Positions 40,373 through 48,846 of a stretch of DNA of 64,000 nt are shown one piece after another. The notes beneath the pieces are model-generated. The model did no database searches, was not told the DNA's origin, and saw nothing but the letters and a program-made list of their open reading frames with translations. Origin of the DNA: Myxococcota bacterium (lineage in GTDB: Bacteria > Myxococcota_A > UBA796 > UBA2385). Location: NCBI GenBank assembly GCA_044344255.1, contig JBIJDH010000003.1:96001-160000 (forward strand), written 5' to 3'. A program made the translations under genes and the position numbers. How positions within the stretch are numbered: position 1 is the stretch's first letter; each line of letters starts with the position of its first letter.

Positions 40373-42556
40373 TCAGGTGGGCGGCGGGGCCTCGGTCGGC
40401 GGGGCCTCGGTCGACGGGGCCTCGGTCGACGGGGCCTCGGTCGGCGAGGCGGCGGGCCAGAGGGCGGGCCGGAAGTCGAGGGCCCGCACGAGGAAGGACC
40501 AGCGGTCGGCCGCCTCTTGGATGCGCTGGGAGGTCGATTTGCCGGCGCCGTGGCCGGCGCGGGTCTCGATGCGGATGAGGGCTGGCGGCGCCGCAGGGAG
40601 GGCCGCGTGGATGTGCTGGAGCGCGGCGGCGAACTTGAAGCTGTGTGCGGGCACCACCCGATCGTCGTGGCTGCCGGTGGTCACCAGGGTGGCGGGGTAG
40701 GCCACCCCCTCGCGGAGGTTGTGCAGCGGCGAGTAGCCGAAGAGGTGCTCGAACATCTCCGGATCGTCGGCGCGGCCGTAGTCGCTCGCCCAGGCCCAGC
40801 CGATCGTGAACCGGTGGTAGCGGAGCATGTCGAGCACCGCCACCGAGGGCAGCGCCGCGCCGAAGAGCTCGGGGCGACGGGTCATGCAGGCGCCGACCAG
40901 CAGCCCGCCGTTGCTCCCGCCGTGGATCGCCAGCCGCGCGGGGCGGGTGTAACCCTCGCGGAACAGCCAGTCCGCCGCGGCCTCAAAGTCGGCGAAGGTG
41001 TTGGTCTTGTTGCGGAGTCGGCCCGCATCGTGCCAGGCGGCTCCGTACTCGCCGCCGCCCCGGAGGTTGGCCACGGCCCAGATCCCACCCATCTCGAGCC
41101 AGACGGCCCGCTCCACGCTGAAGGAGGGGGTGAGCGAGATGTGGAAGCCGCCGTAGCCGTAGAGGAGCGTGGGGTGGCTGCCGTCCCGCGGGATGCCCGC
41201 CTTGTGGACGATGAACATGGGCACACGGGCGCCGTCGGCTGACTCGACGAAGACCTGCTCGGTGACATAGCTGGCGGCGTCGAAGGGGGTCTCGGGGACG
41301 GACCATGGCTGCACCCCCCCCGTGGCCACCTCGTAGCGGTAGATCGAGGCGGGGCGGAGGAAGCCGTGGAAGGCGAAGTAGGTCTCGGTGTCGTCGGCCC
41401 GCCCTTGGAAGCCCTCGGCGGTGCCGATCCCCGGCAGCACGACCTCGCCCATCGGCTCGCCAGAGAGTGAACAGACGCGCACCTCGGAGCGGGCATGGCG
41501 CATGTAGGCGAGGATCAAGCGATGACCGACGATCGATGCCCCTTGGAGCGTGTCCTCCACCTCGGCCACGACCGGGCGCCATCGAGGCGCCGCAGGGTCG
41601 GCGAGGCTGACCGCCATCACCCGGCCCCGGGGGGCGTGGAGGTTGGTGAAGAAGTAGAGGTCGTCACCCTCGCTGTCGATGATCGAGTAGTGGGCATCGA
41701 AGCTACCGATCAGGGTTATGGGTGGCGAAGCGAGGCCGTCTGTACGGTGAACGGTGACCAGGTTCTTGGGATCTGTGCCCGCCCAGGTCGAGATGAGCAG
41801 GTAGCGCCCATCGTCGGTGACCGAGGCCGAGAAGCTCCAGTCGGGCTGCTCGGGGTCGGCGTGCACGAGCCGGTCTTCGGCCTGGTCGGTGCCCCGCCGG
41901 TGGTAACAGAGCTGATTGTTCAGGTTGACCTGCTCGAGCGGGCTCTTGGGCTCGGGGTAGCGCCCATAGTAGAAGCCCGCGCTGTCGGCGCTCCAGGTTG
42001 CGGTGGTGAACTTGGCCCAGCGCAGGGTGTCGGCGAGATCGCGGCCGGTCGCGACCTCTCGGATCCGCCAGACCTGCCAGTCCGAGCCCCCGTCGGAGGT
42101 GGCCCAGGCCAGCCAACGCCCGTCTGGGCTCACCGACCAGGCGGCGAGCGAGACGGTGCCGTCGTCGGAGAGGGTGTTGGGGTCGAGCAGCAGCCGCCCC
42201 TCCCGATTTCCGACGGGGGCGGTCAGCAAGACGGCCTGCTCTTGGAGCCCGTCGTTTCGCAGCCAGAAGGCCTGGCCGCCGGCGAGGGTGGGGGCGCTGA
42301 TGCGCGCGTAGTCCGTGAGGGCGCGGAGGCGAGCGCGGATCGCCGCGCGCTCGGGCACCTCGGAGAGGAAGCCCTCGGTGAGCTGGTTCTCAGCGTCAAT
42401 CCAGGCGCGACTCTCCGCGCTCTCCGGGTCCTCGAGCCAGCGGTAGGGGTCCGCCACCGCGCGCCCGTGATGGAGCTCCGCCTCCTCGCCCCGACGGGCT
42501 GGCGGGTAACAGAGCGGCGCGGCGAGGCCGGAGGCCTCCTCCCGGAGATCGTTCAT
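40373..42556 (-). CDS. Prolyl oligopeptidase (S9A)
   Basis: ADPYRWLED, YGYGGF, GGSNGG, HDDRV, AGHG; TEAPS repeat tail. Confidence 0.96.
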   Translation of the reverse strand: MNDLREEASGLAAPLCYPPARRGEEAELHHGRAVADPYRWLEDPESAESRAWIDAENQLTEGFLSEVPERAAIRARLRALTDYARISAPTLAGGQAFWLRNDGLQEQAVLLTAPVGNREGRLLLDPNTLSDDGTVSLAAWSVSPDGRWLAWATSDGGSDWQVWRIREVATGRDLADTLRWAKFTTATWSADSAGFYYGRYPEPKSPLEQVNLNNQLCYHRRGTDQAEDRLVHADPEQPDWSFSASVTDDGRYLLISTWAGTDPKNLVTVHRTDGLASPPITLIGSFDAHYSIIDSEGDDLYFFTNLHAPRGRVMAVSLADPAAPRWRPVVAEVEDTLQGASIVGHRLILAYMRHARSEVRVCSLSGEPMGEVVLPGIGTAEGFQGRADDTETYFAFHGFLRPASIYRYEVATGGVQPWSVPETPFDAASYVTEQVFVESADGARVPMFIVHKAGIPRDGSHPTLLYGYGGFHISLTPSFSVERAVWLEMGGIWAVANLRGGGEYGAAWHDAGRLRNKTNTFADFEAAADWLFREGYTRPARLAIHGGSNGGLLVGACMTRRPELFGAALPSVAVLDMLRYHRFTIGWAWASDYGRADDPEMFEHLFGYSPLHNLREGVAYPATLVTTGSHDDRVVPAHSFKFAAALQHIHAALPAAPPALIRIETRAGHGAGKSTSQRIQEAADRWSFLVRALDFRPALWPAASPTEAPSTEAPSTEAPPTEAPPPT

Positions 42557-42593
42557 CTTTGCTCCTCACCGGGATGACCGGCGTGCGAGGGGA

Positions 42594-43751
42594 TCAAGGA
42601 GCGACGAAGCCGTAGTAGGCGACGTTCCGGGCGGGGGGAAGGTGGTCTTTCGGCAGCAGCAAGGTGCGGACGTTCCACAGATCGGTGAAGACCCGCGACT
42701 GGGTAGTGCGGTCCAGGTACTCGACCCCCGACGAGCCGCCCGTCCCCACCCTGCGGCCGATGACCCGCTCCACCATCCGGGCGTGGCGCTGGCGCCAGAG
42801 CACGAGCTGCTCCTCGAGCTCGACCACGGTGTCGACGAGCAGCCGCGGCCAGGCGAGGAGGGGGAAGCTGCGGTAGCTCTCGACGTAGAGCAGCCCGGCG
42901 CGGGCCCGGCGGGTGGCGGCCTGCTCGGCCTCGGGCCGGTCCTGGGCGAGCAGGAAGCGGCGGGCGCCCTCCAGGCTCATCGCGAAGCGGCGCCGAACGT
43001 CGGCCTCCGGGGAGACCCGCGCGCGCAGCAGGGCCTCGATCTGCGTGCTGTGGTGGGCCTCGAGGGCCTGGAGGTAGTCGCTGATGAAGCCGATCACCGC
43101 TTCATTGTCGCCGGGATCGGTCGGCTGCGAGCCCTGGATGGGGGTGCGGTACAGCCAGCTCGCCAGCGCCTGCCGCAGGGTGCCGCCAGCGGTGGCCTCG
43201 GCGACGGCGGCGTCCACGCGGGCCCAGGCGTACCGGCCCGCGGCCGAGCTCTGGCCGAGCTCGCGGATGTGGTCGAGGACCGCGGTCTGGCCGTAGGCCT
43301 CGCGGGCGCCCTCTTCGAGGCCGAGCAGGATCTCCATCTCGCGCATCTGGAAGGACTGAAAGCCGCTGGCCGGGACGAGCTTGTCGCGGAAGCCGAGGAA
43401 GTCTTGGGGGGTGAGGGTCTCCATCACGGAGAACTGCTCGACGGCGAGCCGCAGGATCGCCACCACCCGGCGCAGGTGGTGCACGACGTCGGGCACCTCG
43501 GCCTCGGGGACGGTGGAGTCTCCGAGGCAGCGGATGGCCTCTCGGAGCTCGCGGATCACCTGCTTGAACCAGAGCTCGTAGCACTGGTGCACGATGATGA
43601 AGAGCAGCTCGTCGGGCACGAGCGCGCGGTCGTCGGGCTCGTGACCCCCCTGGAGGTCGAGGAGGTGATTGAGCTTGAGGTAGTCCCAGTAGTTGAGGGG
43701 GTCGGTCGCGCGGGGCGGAGAGGTCGGGGCCAAGGGGGTCTGCTCGGGCAT
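42594..43751 (-). CDS. kynA: Tryptophan 2,3-dioxygenase
   Basis: YWDYLKL, DELLFIIVHQCYELWFK, ASGFQSFQ, WRQRHARMVERVIG, GTGGSSGVEYL. Confidence 0.93.
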   Translation of the reverse strand: MPEQTPLAPTSPPRATDPLNYWDYLKLNHLLDLQGGHEPDDRALVPDELLFIIVHQCYELWFKQVIRELREAIRCLGDSTVPEAEVPDVVHHLRRVVAILRLAVEQFSVMETLTPQDFLGFRDKLVPASGFQSFQMREMEILLGLEEGAREAYGQTAVLDHIRELGQSSAAGRYAWARVDAAVAEATAGGTLRQALASWLYRTPIQGSQPTDPGDNEAVIGFISDYLQALEAHHSTQIEALLRARVSPEADVRRRFAMSLEGARRFLLAQDRPEAEQAATRRARAGLLYVESYRSFPLLAWPRLLVDTVVELEEQLVLWRQRHARMVERVIGRRVGTGGSSGVEYLDRTTQSRVFTDLWNVRTLLLPKDHLPPARNVAYYGFVAP

Positions 43752-43793
43752 TCGGACTCCAAGCGGTCGCCTATCCCCGGGGGGCTCGCTCCG

Positions 43794-44948
43794 TCATTCT
43801 CGCTTTGCCTTCAAGCTCCCGCTGACCACCAGCGCGGCGGCGGCCCCCTTCACGGCCTCGGTGCGGGCGACGACGTGCAGCTTGCCCACTCGAGCCTCCT
43901 CCGCCGCCGGCAGGGCCTCGTTGATGCCCTTGGCGACCGTGTCGAGGATCACGCTCTCGAAGAGCAGCGCCAGGGGATCGGCGATACCCGCGCCCTTGCT
44001 CTTCTCACCCTCTTCGGCCTTGGTGGACTTGAAGGCGAGCTTGTCATCCTGGAGGCCGATGTGGCCGAAGACCGAGTACTCCCGCCACCAGCCGGCCCCC
44101 GAGAGGCGCCAGACCCGCAGCCCGAGCTGGAAGTCGTCGTTCTGCACCCGCAGGGAGCGGGGATCGATCGCGATGTCGTGCTCCTGGATCCCCGCCTCGA
44201 AGGCTGCCCTGCGCATCAGCGCGAGGGCTGTCTCCTGGCTCATCCGCAGCTCCCAGTCCGAGGAGAGCGCGCCGCCCGCCTGCACCGCCGCGCCGCCCGG
44301 GACGTTGGAGAGGGCCTGGATCTCCAGCATCCCTGCGGTGCCGTCGAGGCGCATGGCCCGCAAGGGGAGGGCCTCGCCGCCGAACTCGCCGAGCTGGATG
44401 GGATCGGCTCCTTCGAGGGCGTCGTCGATCCAGCCCTTCAGGGGAGAGGCCATGTCGAGGCCGCTGATCTGGCCGTCGGAGAGCTTGAGCTTGTCGACGC
44501 CGAGCAGCTTTCCGGACACCGTCCAGGTGCGGCCGGTGCGGACCACCTCGAACTTCATGCGGGCGCCGAGCTCGGCGTTAAAAGGGAGCTCTCCGGAGAG
44601 GGGGCCCGCGACCCACTTCGCCCCGCCCTTGATCGCGCCCTCGAGGCCGACGCAGGAGGCGCAGCCCTCGCCCACCTTGACGCCGAGCTTCTTCAGCTTG
44701 CCGTACGGCTTGACAGAGATCTTGATGCCGAGAGGGTTCTTGAGCTCGAGCTCCTTGTCCCACTCGGTGAGGCCGGCGTTGATCACCCCGGTCGCGAGCT
44801 CGGAGAGCGCCCCGTCGCTGATGCGGAGCCGGAGCTCCGGGGCCCAGTCGCCGACGATCTGCTCCGGATCGGCCATCACGGCGGCCTTCTCTGCGTCGTA
44901 GAGCTCCTTGATGTGTCCAGCGCAGGCGAAGCTGAAGAGGAAGAACAT
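43794..44948 (-). CDS. Hypothetical lipoprotein
   Basis: ATG 44948, MFFLFSFAC lipobox; strong GC3 codon bias. Confidence 0.7.
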   Translation of the reverse strand: MFFLFSFACAGHIKELYDAEKAAVMADPEQIVGDWAPELRLRISDGALSELATGVINAGLTEWDKELELKNPLGIKISVKPYGKLKKLGVKVGEGCASCVGLEGAIKGGAKWVAGPLSGELPFNAELGARMKFEVVRTGRTWTVSGKLLGVDKLKLSDGQISGLDMASPLKGWIDDALEGADPIQLGEFGGEALPLRAMRLDGTAGMLEIQALSNVPGGAAVQAGGALSSDWELRMSQETALALMRRAAFEAGIQEHDIAIDPRSLRVQNDDFQLGLRVWRLSGAGWWREYSVFGHIGLQDDKLAFKSTKAEEGEKSKGAGIADPLALLFESVILDTVAKGINEALPAAEEARVGKLHVVARTEAVKGAAAALVVSGSLKAKRE

Positions 44949-45046
44949 CGGATCTCCGTGGGGGCCGGGGCGCGTCCGAGGGGAGGGGGCGGGCGGTCCG
45001 GGTCGGCCGGCCACCTATCCAACCCGCGCCGGGGTAGCCTACTTGG

Positions 45047-47248
45047 ATGTCCCGCCCTCTCCTGCGCTCGAAGCTCCTTCGCTCGTCCTGGGCGCTGTGT
45101 CCGTGGATGGCGCTGCTCGCGGCGCTCGCCCTCGCTCCGGACGGATCGCAGGCCGCCGAGCCCACCGAGCCCGCCGAGCCCGCCGAGCCCGCCGAGCCCG
45201 CCGAGCCCGTCGCCAAGGGGCGGATCGGCGTGCAGCTCGAGGCCATCGGTCAGGGCATGCTCGCCGCCGCGGTGGTGCCCGGCTCGGGCGCCGATCGGGC
45301 CGGGCTCCGCCCCGGCGACACCCTCGTGAAGGTGGGAGACCAGCCGATCGCGGAGAGCGTAGACGGCGCCCGCCAGCAGCTCATGGGGCCCCCCGGCAGC
45401 CGGGTGTCGGTGACGGTGCGGCGCTCGCTCGGCCGTGGGGAGGAGCACCTGGAGATCGAGCGCGGCGTCCCCCCGCCGGCCGCCAAGGGTCCCCCGCTGC
45501 CCGCGGTGGTGCTCGCCTTCCGGAGCGCGGTCCTCCGAGGGAGCAAGGCGGACCTCAAGGCGGCCACCGACGCCCTCGTGCAGGCCGACTTCGGCGGCCT
45601 CGAGCCCGTCGTCGCCGTGGGCTCGGTGCTGCGCTCGGCGCTCGGGCGTGATCCGAAGTCGCTCGGGCCCGCCTTCGATCGCCTTCGCCCCTCTGCCGGC
45701 CAGGATCCGGCGCTGGCCGCCCTCCTCGCCGAGGTGGCCGATAAGATTGGGCGCCCGGAGGAGGGGCTGTCGCTGCGCCGGGCTGCGCTCGCGGCGGCGC
45801 CCCCCGACGTGCTCCTCTCTGACAACACCACGCGCGGCGACCTGGGCGGCAACGAGCGGAGCCGCCTTCGTGTGGCAGAGGCCGACTGGGAGGCGGGGGC
45901 GCGCCGCGCGGCGATCGAGGCGGTGCGGAGCCTCTCGCTCAGCCGGGAGGTGGGGCCGCTCGGCGCCACCCTCGGCCTCGCCCCCGAGGCCCCGCGGGAG
46001 CCCTGGCGGGCGGCCCTGCCGCCGGTCGAGGAGGTCTCTCTCCGCCTGCTCGACGGCGCGGAGTGGCGCTTGTCGGAGCAGCGCGGGCGGGTCGTGCTGC
46101 TCACCTTCTGGGCCACCTGGTGCGGGCCCTGCCGACAGGAGCTGCCCGAGCTCGTGGCCCTGCGGCGAGAGCTCGGTCCGAAGGGCTTCGACGTGGTCGC
46201 CGTGAGCATCGACGGGGCGAAGACGGTGGGGGAGCTGCCCGAGGCGGCGCGGAAGCTGGGGCTGGACTTTCCGGTGGCCCACTCTCCGGCGGTGGCGAGC
46301 CGGTTTGGGGTCTCGGCGATCCCCGCCCTCCGCTTGATCGGCCGCGACGGGACCCTCGCCTATTCGGCCAAGGGCTACTCGGCGGACGCCCTCCGACGCC
46401 TGCGGGAGGCCGTCGAGCTCGCGCTGCGGGAAGACGGGCAGGGCGGCGGGGTGCTCGGCCGGCCGCACGGCGTGGCGGAGGCCCGCCTCCTCGGCCTCGC
46501 GCCCCTCACCAGCGGGACGGGGGTGGTGGCGGCCGGAGATCGGCTCGCGGTCGGGATCCCGGGAGCCAGCCCTTGGGTGGAGGGCCCCGCCGGGGCCTCG
46601 GTGCCCGACCTCAGCGAGGGCGCGGGCTCACCCGATGAGCGCCTCGCCTGGCAAGGCGGGCCGGTCGCCGTCGACCCCGGGCGCTACCTCCTGCGCGCCT
46701 GGGACGACGACGGAGCGCTCCGCTGGACCACCACCCTGGCCTCGGCCGCGGTCGACGTGGTCACGCTCGGCGAGCAGATCCTCGTCGCGGCAGAGGGGGG
46801 CACCTACGTCTTCGACGCGGAGGGGCGCCTGCTCCAGGAGCTGCCGGGCCGCTACATCGACCTCGCGGCCGCGAGCGGAGGCGGTGCCTGGGCCATCGAC
46901 GGGGAGGCCCGCTATCGCCTGAGGGCGGGCCCGGCGGGGGTGGAGGTCGAGCCCGCCGGAGCCGCCCGGGGCGCCGCGCGGGTGGCCGAGCGCGGGGAGC
47001 TCGGGGCGGCGATCGCGGTGGACCTCGTCTCCGGCCGCTTCGGACCCGGGGGCGCCCCGCGTGTGGTGGCGACCCGCACCGATCACCGCCTGATCGGCCT
47101 CGACGGCGCCGGCGCCCCGGCCTTCTCCCTCGAGCTGCGGCAGACCGCCCGCCTCGCCGCGGCTGACCTGGACGGCGATGGCCAGGACGAGCTCATCGCG
47201 GTGATTCGCGGGGTCGGCGTCGCGCGCATCCACCTCCGGCTCCCTTAA
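45047..47248 (+). CDS. Exported PDZ + TlpA-type thioredoxin + beta-propeller-like protein
   Basis: GRIGVQL...ADRAGLRPGD (PDZ); FWATWCGPCRQELP; DLDGDGQDEL motif; EPA repeat linker. Confidence 0.82.
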   Translation: MSRPLLRSKLLRSSWALCPWMALLAALALAPDGSQAAEPTEPAEPAEPAEPAEPVAKGRIGVQLEAIGQGMLAAAVVPGSGADRAGLRPGDTLVKVGDQPIAESVDGARQQLMGPPGSRVSVTVRRSLGRGEEHLEIERGVPPPAAKGPPLPAVVLAFRSAVLRGSKADLKAATDALVQADFGGLEPVVAVGSVLRSALGRDPKSLGPAFDRLRPSAGQDPALAALLAEVADKIGRPEEGLSLRRAALAAAPPDVLLSDNTTRGDLGGNERSRLRVAEADWEAGARRAAIEAVRSLSLSREVGPLGATLGLAPEAPREPWRAALPPVEEVSLRLLDGAEWRLSEQRGRVVLLTFWATWCGPCRQELPELVALRRELGPKGFDVVAVSIDGAKTVGELPEAARKLGLDFPVAHSPAVASRFGVSAIPALRLIGRDGTLAYSAKGYSADALRRLREAVELALREDGQGGGVLGRPHGVAEARLLGLAPLTSGTGVVAAGDRLAVGIPGASPWVEGPAGASVPDLSEGAGSPDERLAWQGGPVAVDPGRYLLRAWDDDGALRWTTTLASAAVDVVTLGEQILVAAEGGTYVFDAEGRLLQELPGRYIDLAAASGGGAWAIDGEARYRLRAGPAGVEVEPAGAARGAARVAERGELGAAIAVDLVSGRFGPGGAPRVVATRTDHRLIGLDGAGAPAFSLELRQTARLAAADLDGDGQDELIAVIRGVGVARIHLRLP

Positions 47249-47260
47249 GAACGAACTCGA

Positions 47261-47419
47261 GACCGATTGCCGAAGTCCGGTTGCCTGGATCTGACAGATG
47301 AGCTGACCCTACGCAGCGCCGGGATACAAGAGGCTGGATAGGTGGACGGTGACGCGGGGTCCGGGCGGCTGGCGCCTCCGTCACCGTCGAAGGGTCGGGT
47401 GATCGAAGGCTCCGCGGTC
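47261..47419. ncRNA. Candidate structured intergenic RNA (family unassigned)
   Basis: Nested complementarity: 47261-65 with 47415-19, 47303-10 with 47391-98, and a perfect 10-bp stem 47345-54 with 47379-88. Confidence 0.3.
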
Positions 47420-47511
47420 GTCTGGCGGGGGACCGGCGGCGCAAGGCTTCGTGGACGTACCGCGGTGCGGTATACCTTTGTCGATATCGCTCGTTGGAGA
47501 GTGGAGGCATC

Positions 47512-48846
47512 TTGGCGGAGCAGCGAGTCAGTGAGACAAAGGTCGGGGAGACAAAGGTCGGGGAGACAAAGAACCCCGGTGAGGCGCTCGGGTCGAAGCA
47601 GCTCTCTCAGCGAGCTGCAGCGACGCGGGATCTGTCGATCATGGGCACCCCGGAGGTCGTCCCCCGCCTCGCCCTGATGGCCCAGCAGGATCCGTCCCCC
47701 GCCGTTCGGCTCGGCTGTGCGGGGGCCGCGGCCGACATCCTCAGCCGATATCGGGTCGGCACCTCCCGCCTGGCGCTCCCCGACGACGAGCGCCAGCGGT
47801 TGTTCACCCTCTTCAAGGCGATTGACCCCGGAGTGAACCCAGGGTTGTTCGGCATGCTCGCCACCCTGGACACCCCGGAGTGTGCGCCCCGCATCCTCTC
47901 CGGCTTTCGAGACCCTCGGGGCGGCGTGCGGGTCGGGGCCGCGGTGGGCCTGCTGCGCCTCTGCACCTCCGCCGCCCACGACGGAGACAGCGTCTTGGAG
48001 CAGCTCGTGGTGAGCGCCCTCGACGACAAGCGGCACAAGCCCGACGCCCTCGCTGAGGTCGCGCGGGTCTCGGCCGCCGCCGGCTATCGCTCGGCCTTGC
48101 CTCGGCTCCGCAGCCTCGGCCTCGAGGGTGCACACGGGGACACGATCCTGGCGGCGGTGGCCACCCTCGAGCGGGCGGAGGATCTCTCGGCCTGGACGGG
48201 CGCGTGGGTCTCCGACGGGCGGGACGCGGGCGAGGTGGGGGAGCCCGGCGAGCAGCCCAGCGCCTTCCTGATCGTCGCCGAGGGGGGCGGGGCGCTCTTC
48301 GCGCCGCCGGGGGCGCCCCTCCGCGCGGAGGCGCAGTTCGACATCGAAGGGGCGCGACGAATGCTCCTCCGCCGCTCGGGGGCCGCGCAGGCCGAGCCGG
48401 CCCTCCAGTGGCGGGGCGCCACCTGGACTCCGGCCGATGAGGTCGCGCTGGTCGAGGTCATCGACCGGACCCTCCGCCTCGAGGAGCTTGATGGGCGCGC
48501 GCCGCCCGCCCCGAGCCCGGAGGCGCTTCTCCTGCTCCAGCGCCTCGGGCCGGTGCTCTCCGACAACGGCCTCGGCCGCCGCACCCACGCCCTGCTCGAG
48601 CTCCGCGCCGGGCAGGCGGAGGCGGCCCTCCGCAGCCTGAAGGAGGCCGTGGAGCTCAAAAAGACCCCCGCAGATGCCTGGTACTTCCTCGGTGAGCTGC
48701 TCTTCGCCGGGGGAGATCCCACGGGAGCGGCGGAGGCCTGGGAGGCGACGATCCGTCGCGCCCGCCGCAAGCGGGACTGGTTTGCCCTCCGGGCGCGCGC
48801 GGCCCTGGGCTCGGAAGAAGGAGGGGAGTCCCATGAACCGTCTTGA
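47512..48846 (+). CDS. HEAT-repeat and TPR protein, hypothetical
   Basis: TTG after GGAGG; DPSPAVR and DPRGGVRVGAA HEAT-like motifs; ADAWYFLGELL TPR. Confidence 0.7.
   Translation: MAEQRVSETKVGETKVGETKNPGEALGSKQLSQRAAATRDLSIMGTPEVVPRLALMAQQDPSPAVRLGCAGAAADILSRYRVGTSRLALPDDERQRLFTLFKAIDPGVNPGLFGMLATLDTPECAPRILSGFRDPRGGVRVGAAVGLLRLCTSAAHDGDSVLEQLVVSALDDKRHKPDALAEVARVSAAAGYRSALPRLRSLGLEGAHGDTILAAVATLERAEDLSAWTGAWVSDGRDAGEVGEPGEQPSAFLIVAEGGGALFAPPGAPLRAEAQFDIEGARRMLLRRSGAAQAEPALQWRGATWTPADEVALVEVIDRTLRLEELDGRAPPAPSPEALLLLQRLGPVLSDNGLGRRTHALLELRAGQAEAALRSLKEAVELKKTPADAWYFLGELLFAGGDPTGAAEAWEATIRRARRKRDWFALRARAALGSEEGGESHEPS

Noticed and set aside
40373..43751. Prolyl oligopeptidase and TDO as members of the second biosynthetic locus
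   Set aside because: Both look like canonical housekeeping enzymes and are transcribed convergently to the locus; linkage cannot be supported from sequence alone.
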